This document shows, one piece after another, positions 1-8,808 of a stretch of 34,146 nucleotides of DNA. The DNA is from a virus. Lineage: Duplodnaviria; Caudoviricetes. The stretch is from the IMG/VR virus record IMGVR_UViG_3300002307_000141, positions 1-34,146 of that record. One strand, written 5' to 3'. Both the position numbers and the translations under genes were made by a program. The notes under the pieces were generated by a model. It searched no databases. It was not told where the DNA came from and saw nothing but the letters and a program-made list of their open reading frames with translations. Each line of letters begins with the position of its first letter. Position 1 is the stretch's first letter.

Positions 1-101
1 AATTTAAAATTTAAGCAAAACATAAAACCAAAAACACAATGGAAACAATCGACCAATTATTGATAGAGCTAAATGCTTGCGAAGTAGCCCGAGACTGGGC
101 G
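1..101 (+). repeat. Terminal direct repeat, left copy (probably the assembly overlap of a circular contig)
   Basis: Identical to 34046-34146; overlaps the start of ORF 39. Confidence 0.95.
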
Positions 102-566
102 CAAGGAAAGACCTTTGAAGAGGTATATACAACGTGCCATAGGGGTGACTGGTTGTGTTGGTTATTCGCTAGAACCAACCCCGAAGACGTTCAACTACTA
201 ACGCTCGTCAAGGGTCACCAAGCGAATACGGTTAGGCATTTAATGAAAGATGAGAGAAGCTTGACGGCGGTTGATACAGCTATAGCGTTCGGGGAGGGTA
301 GGGCAACGCGGGAGGAGTTAAGTGAGGCTGCTGCTCGTGCTGCTGCTGATGCTGCTGATGCTGATGATGCTGGTTATGCTGCTGCTTGGGCTGCTTGGGA
401 GGCTGCTTGGGCTGCTTGTATTGCTGCTGATGCTGGTTATGCTGCTGCTTGGGCTGCTGAGGCTGCTTATATTGGTGCTGATGCTGCTCGTGCTCGCCAA
501 TCCAACCGACAACTAACGGCTGATATTTTCAGAAAATACATTTCAATAGACAAGTTTAAAATCTAA
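39..566 (+). CDS. Ala-repeat phage protein, Imm5-like; paralogue 1
   Basis: LNACEVARDWA...TCHRGDWLCWL, DERSLTAVDTAIAFGEG, then AAW/AAD repeats; near-identical to 4376-4858. Confidence 0.8.
   Translation: METIDQLLIELNACEVARDWAQGKTFEEVYTTCHRGDWLCWLFARTNPEDVQLLTLVKGHQANTVRHLMKDERSLTAVDTAIAFGEGRATREELSEAAARAAADAADADDAGYAAAWAAWEAAWAACIAADAGYAAAWAAEAAYIGADAARARQSNRQLTADIFRKYISIDKFKI
321..496 (+). repeat. GCT-rich low-complexity coding repeat
   Basis: Degenerate GCT arrays (GCTGCTTGG, GCTGAT) encoding the Ala-rich segment. Confidence 0.85.
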
Positions 567-600
567 CCCTATGAAAATTTGCAGACAAAAAAAATAAATT

Positions 601-628
601 AAAAGCGAGTTTAACTCGCTTTTTTTTT
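601..628. terminator. Intrinsic terminator between convergent genes, probably bidirectional
   Basis: AAAAGCGAGT-TTA-ACTCGCTTTT followed by a further T run; A run on the left side. Confidence 0.85.
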
Positions 629-629
629 A

Positions 630-947
630 TTAAAAAGGCAAGTCCGGTTTTTCCGCTGCTGACGAGCTTGCAGTGGTTGACCATTCGATTTTCCAAATTT
701 CAATGGTGTTGAATATCTTCACAACGCCTTCTTTATCAGACCACTCGCGACCCCGTAAATTAAGATGAAAAGAGCCAACACGACCAATAACCGCGCTATC
801 AAGTAAGTCGCATTTGGCTTGCGATGTCTGCAACAATAACACTTGCGGGTATTGCTCAATCGTCTCAACTACAACATCTCTTTTTTTAAATTTCTCCGAC
901 ACCACAACGGTGTCACAAACGCTCTTAACTTTAGCCTCTATCTTCAT
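630..947 (-). CDS. DUF3127-like single-stranded DNA-binding protein
   Basis: FKKRDVVVETIEQYPQ, FHLNLRGREW, FNTIEIWKIE and a C-terminal DLPF tail typical of SSBs. Confidence 0.8.
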   Translation of the reverse strand: MKIEAKVKSVCDTVVVSEKFKKRDVVVETIEQYPQVLLLQTSQAKCDLLDSAVIGRVGSFHLNLRGREWSDKEGVVKIFNTIEIWKIEWSTTASSSAAEKPDLPF

Positions 948-1126
948 TTTGATTGGTTTGATTGGTTTAAAACTTTTAAAATCGCGCTTTCAACTTTGGG
1001 CGTCAAAGACACGCGCCCGTGTAGAACGCTCGACAAGTGGCAATGGTCAATATTGGCCAACTTGGCTATGTGAAGTTGCTTCATCCCCGAATCTTTTACG
1101 ATTCTGAATAATTCTTTATGTGTCAT
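944..1126 (-). CDS. XRE/Cro-like helix-turn-helix regulator
   Basis: SGMKQLHIAKLANIDHCHLSSVLHGR HTH pattern; likely ATG at 1126; 4-bp overlap with the SSB gene. Confidence 0.75.
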   Translation of the reverse strand: MTHKELFRIVKDSGMKQLHIAKLANIDHCHLSSVLHGRVSLTPKVESAILKVLNQSNQSK

Positions 1127-1138
1127 TTTTTTTTCTTG

Positions 1139-1146
1139 CAAAGATA
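1139..1146 (-). promoter_or_regulatory. Leftward Bacteroidota -7 promoter element
   Basis: TATCTTTG on the minus strand (TAnnTTTG), 12 nt before the HTH ATG; no clear -33 box. Confidence 0.6.
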
Positions 1147-1170
1147 AATAAATATTTTAATAAAAAAATA

Positions 1171-1200
1171 TTTGTATTTCAAAAAAAATATTTAGATTTG
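1171..1200 (+). promoter_or_regulatory. Rightward early promoter (Bacteroidota primary sigma factor)
   Basis: TTTG(1171)-N18-TAGATTTG(1193-1200); same layout as 33654-33683. Confidence 0.75.
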
Positions 1201-1227
1201 TGCCTAATTATAAAACAAATAAAAAAA

Positions 1228-1907
1228 TGAAAACAAACGAAATCACAACAGCTCAGATGTCATTCAGTGACATGAGCCAATTAGCTAAAGTGTTTTCCGA
1301 GAGCGGCATGTTCGAGGATAGCAAGAGCGTAGCGCAAGCGATCGTTAAGATTCAAGCAGGACAAGAGCTCGGCATACCTCCATTTGCCGCCATGTCAGGC
1401 GTTCACATCATCCATGGCAGGCCAACAATCGGCGCCGGATTAATGGCCGGAAAAGTAAAGTCGTCCGGCAAATACGATTATAAGGTAATTGAACAATCGG
1501 ACAACGCTTGTCTGATTGATTTTTATCAAAATGGAGCAAAGGTTGGCACGTCAAGATTCACCATGGATGACGCGAAGAAGGCCCAAACAAAGAACCTTGA
1601 CAAGTTTCCGCGCAACATGTTATTTGCTAGAGCAATCAGCAATGGGGTTAAGTGGTACTGTGCAGACCTATTCGCGACAAGCGTATATACGCCCGAAGAG
1701 ATGAATAGTGGCGAGTTCACCGAACATGAGGTTATTGTAGAAGAGGTGAAGGGTAATCCTATTCTCGACATAGTGCAACGACTTCGAGCAGCTGAAAATG
1801 TAGATCTTCTTAGCGACCTATATAGGTCATTGACAACAGAACAGCAAGCGCACCCCGAGGTAATAGAAGCAGCAAAATTTAGGAAAAAAGAATTAACCAC
1901 AAAATAA
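1228..1907 (+). CDS. RecT/Bet-like single-strand annealing recombinase
   Basis: AIVKIQAGQELGIPPFAAMSGVHIIHGRP and PRNMLFARAIS...YTPEEM motifs; the real start is probably ATG 1228, downstream of the promoter. Confidence 0.75.
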
Positions 1908-1913
1908 AAAAAA

Positions 1914-2378
1914 ATGAAAACAGAAAACGGATTACCATTGTTGGACGCTGAAAGCGCCAAGGAATTAGCACGCGAAATAATTATGAGAGTTGAAGGCGGA
2001 GCATTGTCTCCCCTCCACCTCAAGGCGCAGATAAAAAGGTTACAAGATGTTTTGGAACAGGTGGACAAGATGACAAAACAAGATCAAGTATCAGCTCTTG
2101 AGAAATATGGGAAAGAGAAGCCAGTTATAGGTGGCTACCGATTCGAGATGATGGAAGCCGGAACTCGCTATGATTATTCAAGTTGCGGAGACCTGCTTTG
2201 GCATGACTTGAATAACATGGCCCAAAGCCTGTCTAATAAAAAGAGTGAGCGCGAGAAATTCTTAAAGGCCTTAACAACATCTCTTACTGAAATAAACGAA
2301 GAGACCGGCGAAATAATTACACTTAACCCGCCAGTGAAGACAAGCACGACAACAATTAGAATTACTGATGCAAACTAA
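1914..2378 (+). CDS. Hypothetical phage protein of the recombination module
   Basis: 154-aa ORF with A-rich leader; YDYSSCGD and ETGEII motifs. Confidence 0.7.
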   Translation: MKTENGLPLLDAESAKELAREIIMRVEGGALSPLHLKAQIKRLQDVLEQVDKMTKQDQVSALEKYGKEKPVIGGYRFEMMEAGTRYDYSSCGDLLWHDLNNMAQSLSNKKSEREKFLKALTTSLTEINEETGEIITLNPPVKTSTTTIRITDAN

Positions 2379-2535
2379 AAACAAAAACAAAATGCGAAAC
2401 CCAAGCAGATACACCAACGAAAGCGCTGAGCGCTTTCTTGAAAAAATGGACAAATTTTGTCTTCCGATACTATGCATTGGAGCAATATATTTCTTTGCCA
2501 ACATTATATATCATATTTTGACGTGCAGTAAATGA
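2368..2535 (+). CDS. Small membrane protein (55 aa, not in the ORF track)
   Basis: MQTKNKNKMRNPSRY...FCLPILCIGAIYFFANIIYHILTCSK; ATGA overlap with the helicase. Confidence 0.55.
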   Translation: MQTKNKNKMRNPSRYTNESAERFLEKMDKFCLPILCIGAIYFFANIIYHILTCSK

Positions 2536-3920
2536 AATTAAGACCATACCAATCACAAGCAGTTGAGCTGACACGTCAATCTATGCAACACAATAAAAGG
2601 ATAATTGTCTGCCTTCCAACAGGGGGAGGTAAGTCAGCTATATTCTCACACATAGCCAAGTCAGCGCTTCAGAAAGGCAAGCAAGTGCTAATACTTACCC
2701 ACCGCAAGGAACTATTGGCGCAAGCCAAATCTTACGGATCAGGATGCGTGGTGGCAATGGTTGAGAAGGTCTATAATAGAATTAAGAAAGGCACATTCGA
2801 ACCCAATGAGATGGACTTAATAATTGTTGACGAATGTCACGTTAATTCATTCACCAAAATTCTCAACCATTACCATGGGTTCGTTCTTGGATTCACAGCC
2901 ACGCCAATAGCGAAGCCCCCGTTAAATGAAACGTATAACGACATTGTTAGTAATGTCGACATACCCATGCTCGTTGATCAGGGGTTCCTTGCCTCTCCAA
3001 AAACGTTTGTAAAGACGAACGTCGATGTATCGCAGCTTCAAATTAAAGGAAAGGATTTTTCGGAAGTTTCGCTAAATAACGTGTATAACAAGCCTAAGAC
3101 ATATATAGGCGTTGTAGAAGACTATATATTGAAATTCAACAGAAAGAAAGCTATTTGTTTTTGTGTAAATATTGAACATACGTTGAACACCCATCATCAG
3201 TTCATCACGCACGGAGTAGAATCATATTACATCGATAGCAATATGCCAGATTATGAACGGGACACTAACATTGCCAAGTTTAAAACCTCTAAATACGGCG
3301 TTCTTGTTAACTGCGGAATTGCAACGACGGGTTTTGACGTGCCGGATATTGAGGTGGTAATCGTCAACCGTGCTACTATGTCTTTGGCGCTTTGGTTGCA
3401 GATGTGTGGTCGTGGCTCTCGACCAACGCCAACAAAAAAACAATTCACAATACTCGACTATGGCGACAACGTTAAGCGCCTTGGACATTGGGAGGCGGAG
3501 CGCGATTGGGTTGCTATTTTTAACTCAAAACCAAAGAAAGCAAAAGAACTTCAAATGCCAGCGCCGACGAAGATCTGCCCAAAATGCGAGGCCATGATAT
3601 TTGCATCTGCTCGCGTTTGCAAGCACTGCGAATATATATTTGAATTAGGTAGCAAAGCGGAGGACGGCGATCTGCAAGAATTTACGTACGTGCACTTAAA
3701 AAAAGTGTACGATCTTTCGCTTTCTGAAATTTTAGATCTGCAAATAAAAAAAAAATACAAACAACATTTTGTCGAGCACTTGTTGTATAGCACTCGCCAT
3801 AAGCATGGGGATAGGCTAACTACTTTTTGGGACGAAAAAGGTTACGGTGAAGGCTACCGGGAAAGAAGGATAGAACAAATGTCATCTAGCTTTCCAGTCA
3901 AAAATTTTGTTGTTAAATAA
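2532..3920 (+). CDS. SF2 DExH helicase with C-terminal Zn ribbon (RadD/YejH-like)
   Basis: LRPYQ, PTGGGKS, DECH, TAT, TGFDVP, QMCGRGSR, CPKC...CKHC. Confidence 0.92.
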   Translation: MKLRPYQSQAVELTRQSMQHNKRIIVCLPTGGGKSAIFSHIAKSALQKGKQVLILTHRKELLAQAKSYGSGCVVAMVEKVYNRIKKGTFEPNEMDLIIVDECHVNSFTKILNHYHGFVLGFTATPIAKPPLNETYNDIVSNVDIPMLVDQGFLASPKTFVKTNVDVSQLQIKGKDFSEVSLNNVYNKPKTYIGVVEDYILKFNRKKAICFCVNIEHTLNTHHQFITHGVESYYIDSNMPDYERDTNIAKFKTSKYGVLVNCGIATTGFDVPDIEVVIVNRATMSLALWLQMCGRGSRPTPTKKQFTILDYGDNVKRLGHWEAERDWVAIFNSKPKKAKELQMPAPTKICPKCEAMIFASARVCKHCEYIFELGSKAEDGDLQEFTYVHLKKVYDLSLSEILDLQIKKKYKQHFVEHLLYSTRHKHGDRLTTFWDEKGYGEGYRERRIEQMSSSFPVKNFVVK

Positions 3921-3933
3921 TTATTTATATTTG
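3906..3933 (+). promoter_or_regulatory. Putative Bacteroidota promoter
   Basis: TTTG(3906)-N16-TATATTTG(3926-3933), 8 nt before ATG 3942. Confidence 0.55.
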
Positions 3934-3941
3934 CGCCCCCT

Positions 3942-4361
3942 ATGAACATTGACGAATTAATATCAAATCAAATCGCGCCTTGGGAGTCGACGGATGCGCA
4001 AAAAAGGCGCGATTTTAATTCGCGCAGCATTGACCCGTCCGTAGAGTTGAATTATGATAGTTGGTCATGGACTTATCACACCACCATTTTGAATTTAATT
4101 TTGGACTACATGAAAATAAGAGTTGAAGAATACCTACTATCGCATCCTAAGGCTGATGTTAGCGTTCAGCTCACTAATATTGCCAACATGGAGTGGTCGC
4201 TTAGGTGGCTCGATGGCCTTAGATACGAGCACGGCATATTAGAGCGAAGTATTTTGGCGGGAAGGCTTGAAAATTTGAAATTATTGTATAAAATACAAGA
4301 CCTTGCAAAGGTCATAAAAGAAAAAGAAAAAGAAATAGAAATACTAAAATCTAATTTATAA
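3942..4361 (+). CDS. Hypothetical protein with C-terminal coiled coil
   Basis: 139-aa ORF in operon orientation. Confidence 0.7.
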   Translation: MNIDELISNQIAPWESTDAQKRRDFNSRSIDPSVELNYDSWSWTYHTTILNLILDYMKIRVEEYLLSHPKADVSVQLTNIANMEWSLRWLDGLRYEHGILERSILAGRLENLKLLYKIQDLAKVIKEKEKEIEILKSNL

Positions 4362-4375
4362 CAAAAACTACACTT

Positions 4376-4858
4376 ATGAACCAATTATTAAGAAAGCTAA
4401 ATGCTTGCGAAGTAGCCCGAGACTGGGCGAAAGGAAAGACCTTTGAAGAGGTATATACAACGTGCCATAGGGGTGACTGGTTGTGTTGGTTATTCGTGAG
4501 GACGAATCCAAAGGATCTAAGGATCCTTACGCTTGTCAAAGGACATCAAGCGAATACGGTTAGGCATTTAATGAAAGATGAGAGAAGCTTGACGGCTGTT
4601 GATACAGCTATAGCGTTTGGAGAGGGAAGAGCTTCGAGGGAAGAGTTGAGTGAGGCTGCTGCTCGTGCTGCTGATGATGCTGCTGAGGGTGCTGCTTGGG
4701 CTGCTGCTTGGGCTGCTGCTTGGGCTGCTTGTATTGCTGATGATGCTGGTTATGCTGCTGCTTGGGCTGCTGAGGCTGCTCGTGCTCGCCAATCCAACCG
4801 ACAACTAACTGCTGATATATTCAGAAAATACATTTCAATCGACAAATTTAAAATCTAA
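4376..4858 (+). CDS. Ala-repeat phage protein, Imm5-like; paralogue 2
   Basis: Near-identical to 39-566 with a shorter Ala repeat. Confidence 0.8.
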   Translation: MNQLLRKLNACEVARDWAKGKTFEEVYTTCHRGDWLCWLFVRTNPKDLRILTLVKGHQANTVRHLMKDERSLTAVDTAIAFGEGRASREELSEAAARAADDAAEGAAWAAAWAAAWAACIADDAGYAAAWAAEAARARQSNRQLTADIFRKYISIDKFKI

Positions 4859-4895
4859 ACAAAATGGAAATTAAAGAAATTAAATACCTTCAACT

Positions 4896-5135
4896 ATGAG
4901 AAATGTAGCATTAGTAATTAGCATCTTGGTTAACTTTTATGTCATCTATAAGACACAAGAAATAATTACCTACCATACGGAAATGGAGGGTATTTATGTA
5001 CACAAGTTAGACTCTGTATGCTACCAATCAACCTTTGAGATTGCTGTACGAGATTCGACAATCAAGGCTCTGCATCGTAGCAGAGATGACTATAAAAGAT
5101 TCATTAAACGAAACTTAAAAATACAAACCAAGTGA
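4896..5135 (+). CDS. Small N-terminally anchored membrane protein
   Basis: Hydrophobic NVALVISILVNFYVIY followed by a polar helical tail. Confidence 0.6.
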   Translation: MRNVALVISILVNFYVIYKTQEIITYHTEMEGIYVHKLDSVCYQSTFEIAVRDSTIKALHRSRDDYKRFIKRNLKIQTK

Positions 5136-5218
5136 GAAATAAAAATAGAAAGCAATTTATCAATGATTGAAAAAAAATACCTAACTATATACCTATTCAC
5201 CCTAAAAAGTAAAAGACA

Positions 5219-5917
5219 ATGGAATACAATATAATACATAATAGGAATTGCATGGAGATGTCAAGTGTGATAGAAGATAATTCTATTGACTGTATTATAA
5301 CCGACCCTCCTTATGGTATCTCTTATCAGTCCGCCAGGCGGACTGATAAGGCTCTATGGAAGCCTAAAATAGCGAATGATGAAACTCCTTATACCGAATG
5401 GATAAAACCTGTATTTGAAAAGCTGCGGGCGGGCGGGAGGCTTATTTGCTTTTACCGATGGGATGTGCAGGATGAGTTTTTAAGTGCCATTGAGCAAGCG
5501 GGATTTACGGTTAAAAGCCAAATAGTATGGGATAAGGTGATACATGGCATGGGTGATTTAAAAGGCGAATTTGCGCCACAGCACGAACTTATGATATACG
5601 CAACAAAAGGCAGGTATGAATTTCAGGGAACCCGACCTAAAACCATTTATCGGACACAAAGAGTAAGGCCCGATGCTTTGGTGCATCCGAATGAGAAACC
5701 TGTAAACTTAATTCAGGCAATCATAAGGGATATTACAAGCAAAGATGAGGTGATTTTAGACCTTTTTTCGGGGAGTGGCAGTACAAGTATTGCAGCGAAT
5801 ATTGAAGGCAGGAAATACATAGCGTTTGAGTTGGATAAAGGCTATGTAGATGTTGCCAACAAAAGGATTAAAAACTATTCAACTGAACCAAGTTTATTCA
5901 TGCTTGAGTGTAAATAA
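5219..5917 (+). CDS. Orphan N6-adenine/N4-cytosine DNA methyltransferase (beta class)
   Basis: IITDPPY, then HPNEKP, then LDLFSGSGST. Confidence 0.93.
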   Translation: MEYNIIHNRNCMEMSSVIEDNSIDCIITDPPYGISYQSARRTDKALWKPKIANDETPYTEWIKPVFEKLRAGGRLICFYRWDVQDEFLSAIEQAGFTVKSQIVWDKVIHGMGDLKGEFAPQHELMIYATKGRYEFQGTRPKTIYRTQRVRPDALVHPNEKPVNLIQAIIRDITSKDEVILDLFSGSGSTSIAANIEGRKYIAFELDKGYVDVANKRIKNYSTEPSLFMLECK

Positions 5918-5974
5918 GTATATAGTTACTAAAAAAAACTAAATCAGATAAATAAATCAACTGACAAATTTTTT

Positions 5975-6115
5975 ATGAAATCTAAACTTATTCGTTTATT
6001 TTCAAAATATAACGACATAGGACACGATGCAGAGACATTGATAGTCATCGTCATTGGAGATGAAGAGATAGAGCACGACACGCCACTTTACAATTTAATT
6101 TTATCGAAAATATGA
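5975..6115 (+). CDS. Small hypothetical protein (46 aa, not in the ORF track)
   Basis: MKSKLIRLFSKY...LYNLILSKI; ATGA overlap with the next gene. Confidence 0.45.
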   Translation: MKSKLIRLFSKYNDIGHDAETLIVIVIGDEEIEHDTPLYNLILSKI

Positions 6116-7635
6116 TTTCAAATTATAAAAAATCACAAACAATCAGCCCGGTCGATTGGTTTAATTATTACGGAGAGTTTAGACAAATATTTGAAGGCAA
6201 ACGGAACTTCTATTGGATAGATGGCAAAGAGAATGAAATATCCAACGATGACATTTGCCAACGGAAGCCTTCCTTCATCATGGAAGGAACATTAATTAAA
6301 GTTGTTGGGCAAAATGATTTTGATATCGCTATAGGAACTACGATGACAAAGTTCATGCTCTATTCAATTATCCAACATGCCGGATTTTATGAGCCGGCAA
6401 TAAATTTTGTGAAATACAATATGATGGGATTCGATATTCCCTTCATCCGAGTCGGCTCGGACTACATCAATAAGTTCAACAAATTCACCCGCGGCGTCAA
6501 GACACAGCATTTAAAGAAATTTTCAAAAGAAGAAATAAAACAAGATTTTGGAAAAGAGGCGCTCATTCGAACACCAAAATACGACGACTTCATAATATAC
6601 CCTAATAACAAGGACCATCGCGAATCCATTGGTAATTGTTATAATATCTACAGTCGGTTTCAGCACAATCCAAGCCCTAACCCTGTAACACTGAAAGACA
6701 TACCTAACAGTGCGTACGTCATGAAGCACATATTCGGAGAACAAGTCTTTTTGGGCTACAAATACCTTAAGGTCCTATACGAACGTCCCACTCAATCGCT
6801 GCCGATATTCACAATGGTATCAGAAGAGCGCGGCACGGGTAAGTCGACGTTCATTAATTGGCTCTCGTATATCTTTGGTGATAACACGGTTCAAATAGAA
6901 CCGCAGATGCTTGTTAACTCCTTCAACGAATCGTACGCCACTAAAAATATCATAATGATTGACGAGTCGGTCGTCGAGAAGTCAACCGCCGTTGAAAGGC
7001 TAAAGACAATATCAACAGCCAAGATAATTAACGTGAACGCAAAGTTCGTCAACGCGTATTCAATTGACTTTTACGGAAAGGTAATAATGGCAACAAACAA
7101 AGAACGTGACTTCATGCGTGTCGATTCCGAAGAAATACGGTTTTGGGTGCGAAAAATAAAGCCCATACCAAAATCAGATTTCAAGGCAAACATTGAAGAA
7201 GGACTTAAGGCCGAGATTCCTAAGCTCATTAGATACCTCGATGACATGCCTCCTATTGATTATGATAACCTGCCATCTCGTATGGTCTTCACCGCCGAAG
7301 AATTACAGACTAAGCAACTGGAAGACGTTAAGGCGCATTCGAAATCAGCTTTGCGCAAAGAAATAGAGATATATTTTGAGGATTTCTGGGCTAACAACAC
7401 TACGTTACCTTACGTCATGGCGACGCCTAAGGACATCAAAGATAAGTTCTTCCCTTACGACACCAAGATATCTCTCTCTTACATCGCCGATGTGCTGCGC
7501 GATCAGTTTAAACTGCCAGCGCCAGCCAAAACAATCAGATATACCCCATGGGGTGGATCAGAACTAAACCCTAAAGCAGGTTACCCGTTTAAATTTGTAA
7601 ACCCGAATTACGAAGCTCCCAAAGACCCATTTTAG
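6112..7635 (+). CDS. D5/DUF5906-like SF3 replicative helicase (primase-helicase family)
   Basis: Walker A SEERGTGKST, Walker B IIMIDE, motif C VIMATN, EEIRFWV; no primase domain recognised. Confidence 0.85.
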   Translation: MISNYKKSQTISPVDWFNYYGEFRQIFEGKRNFYWIDGKENEISNDDICQRKPSFIMEGTLIKVVGQNDFDIAIGTTMTKFMLYSIIQHAGFYEPAINFVKYNMMGFDIPFIRVGSDYINKFNKFTRGVKTQHLKKFSKEEIKQDFGKEALIRTPKYDDFIIYPNNKDHRESIGNCYNIYSRFQHNPSPNPVTLKDIPNSAYVMKHIFGEQVFLGYKYLKVLYERPTQSLPIFTMVSEERGTGKSTFINWLSYIFGDNTVQIEPQMLVNSFNESYATKNIIMIDESVVEKSTAVERLKTISTAKIINVNAKFVNAYSIDFYGKVIMATNKERDFMRVDSEEIRFWVRKIKPIPKSDFKANIEEGLKAEIPKLIRYLDDMPPIDYDNLPSRMVFTAEELQTKQLEDVKAHSKSALRKEIEIYFEDFWANNTTLPYVMATPKDIKDKFFPYDTKISLSYIADVLRDQFKLPAPAKTIRYTPWGGSELNPKAGYPFKFVNPNYEAPKDPF

Positions 7636-7877
7636 CCTCAATTACAAATCTGTTTACAAGTCAACTTATTGTAAATCAGAAAATTAACCCACATTTGTAA
7701 ACTGTAAACGATTTTTCCGAAAAATATGCCCTTTCTAAAAAAAAATATTTTACGGCCAAATAGGGCCTTTTCAGGTTTACAAGTTTACAAATTATATATA
7801 TATATAAATATAATATTAATAATCAAGTAGTTACAGCGTAAACTTTTTGTAAACCATTTTGTAAACCCAAAGTAAAC
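7597..7877. other. Putative replication origin with GTAAAC iterons and an AT-only core
   Basis: Ten GTAAAC/GTTTAC copies around an A/T-only tract at 7789-7823; directly downstream of the helicase. Confidence 0.75.
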
Positions 7878-7887
7878 TTTTGAAAAT

Positions 7888-8217
7888 ATGCGACAATCGG
7901 AGAATTACATGCAGGCACAAATAGTACAATGGTATTGGAATAATTACTGCCTAGCATCACACGAGCCTCGCTCGATAATACTACACATCCCTAACGAGAA
8001 TCAGCACCGCCTAAGTAACCTAGGCGTTTACGCCGGCTGTGCCGACTTGTTTATCTCCCACAAAGGATTGCCCCTTTGGGTGGAAGTTAAGACGCCCACT
8101 GGCAAGCAAAGCCCAAACCAAATTAAATTTCAGTCGCACGCAGTGCAGTGCGGTATGAAATATATTCTTATAAGAAGTTTGGAAGATTTTAAAGAATTAA
8201 TTATAAATTTAAATTAA
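7888..8217 (+). CDS. VRR-NUC domain nuclease
   Basis: ENYMQAQI, HIPNE, GCADL, WVEVKTPTGKQSPNQ (PD-(D/E)xK). Confidence 0.88.
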   Translation: MRQSENYMQAQIVQWYWNNYCLASHEPRSIILHIPNENQHRLSNLGVYAGCADLFISHKGLPLWVEVKTPTGKQSPNQIKFQSHAVQCGMKYILIRSLEDFKELIINLN

Positions 8218-8391
8218 TGAAAAAAAAAAATATAATAAAGGCGTAAAGCGCTACGCCAAGCGATATTATGATCCGCTTTGTGATTTTCCTTTCATTATTG
8301 ATTCGCCGTCAAGAGTCTTGAATGATAACAACAAGTATTTTTGCATTTTTGAAATGCCAAAAATTGAAAATAAATAACGAATTAAAAACGA

Positions 8392-8808
8392 ATGGCACCA
8401 AAGAGCCCACTTAAGCACGCCTTCACTTCAACGAATCAGCCAACTAACAACGGAAGACCTAGGAGGTTGTTGTCGAAGATAAATATTGAACTGGAAAATG
8501 AAGGATTTGAGCGCGTAAAGAAATCTCAAATATTGGAAGCCTTTGAATTGCTATTGAACCTTCCCGAGTATAAAGTAAACGAAATAGCAACAAACATTGA
8601 TTATCCTTTGTTTTTGAGGATGGTCGCTCAGAAGATAATGACAGAAGAAGCCACCGACTACATCGAGAAGATCCTTGACAGAGCACACGGCAAAGCTGAG
8701 CAGAAGAATCAGCAAGACTTGACTATTCATCAACCTTTTATTTTAAATTTTGGAGCTGACATTGACGCCCAAGCAGAGGGAAGCGCACAAGGCTATACAG
8801 TCGCATGA
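8392..8808 (+). CDS. Terminase small subunit (putative)
   Basis: NQPTNNGRP N-terminus and ILDRAHGKA C-terminal motif; overlaps TerL. Confidence 0.7.
   Translation: MAPKSPLKHAFTSTNQPTNNGRPRRLLSKINIELENEGFERVKKSQILEAFELLLNLPEYKVNEIATNIDYPLFLRMVAQKIMTEEATDYIEKILDRAHGKAEQKNQQDLTIHQPFILNFGADIDAQAEGSAQGYTVA

Noticed and set aside
1-101. Biological terminal repeat, or false circularity caused by the paralogue
   Set aside because: It cuts through a gene and has a k-mer-like length, so assembly overlap is likelier; its first 66 bp are not shared with paralogue 2, so circularity holds
318-516. Poly-Ser and poly-Leu ORFs (also 4568-4804)
   Set aside because: Alternative-frame shadows of the GCT repeat
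1526-2068. Long antisense ORFs (also 23635-24018, 23978-24397, 25286-25639 and similar)
   Set aside because: They lie opposite well-supported genes and have no recognisable motifs
39-4858. Paralogue pair as DGR template and variable repeats
   Set aside because: Differences are not adenine-specific, both copies are intact ORFs, and no reverse transcriptase motif was seen
5219-5917. Complete restriction-modification system
   Set aside because: No cognate endonuclease adjacent; orphan methyltransferases are common in phages and VRR-NUC belongs to the replication module
7597-7877. CRISPR-like array
   Set aside because: Repeats are 6-mers in both orientations with no regular spacers
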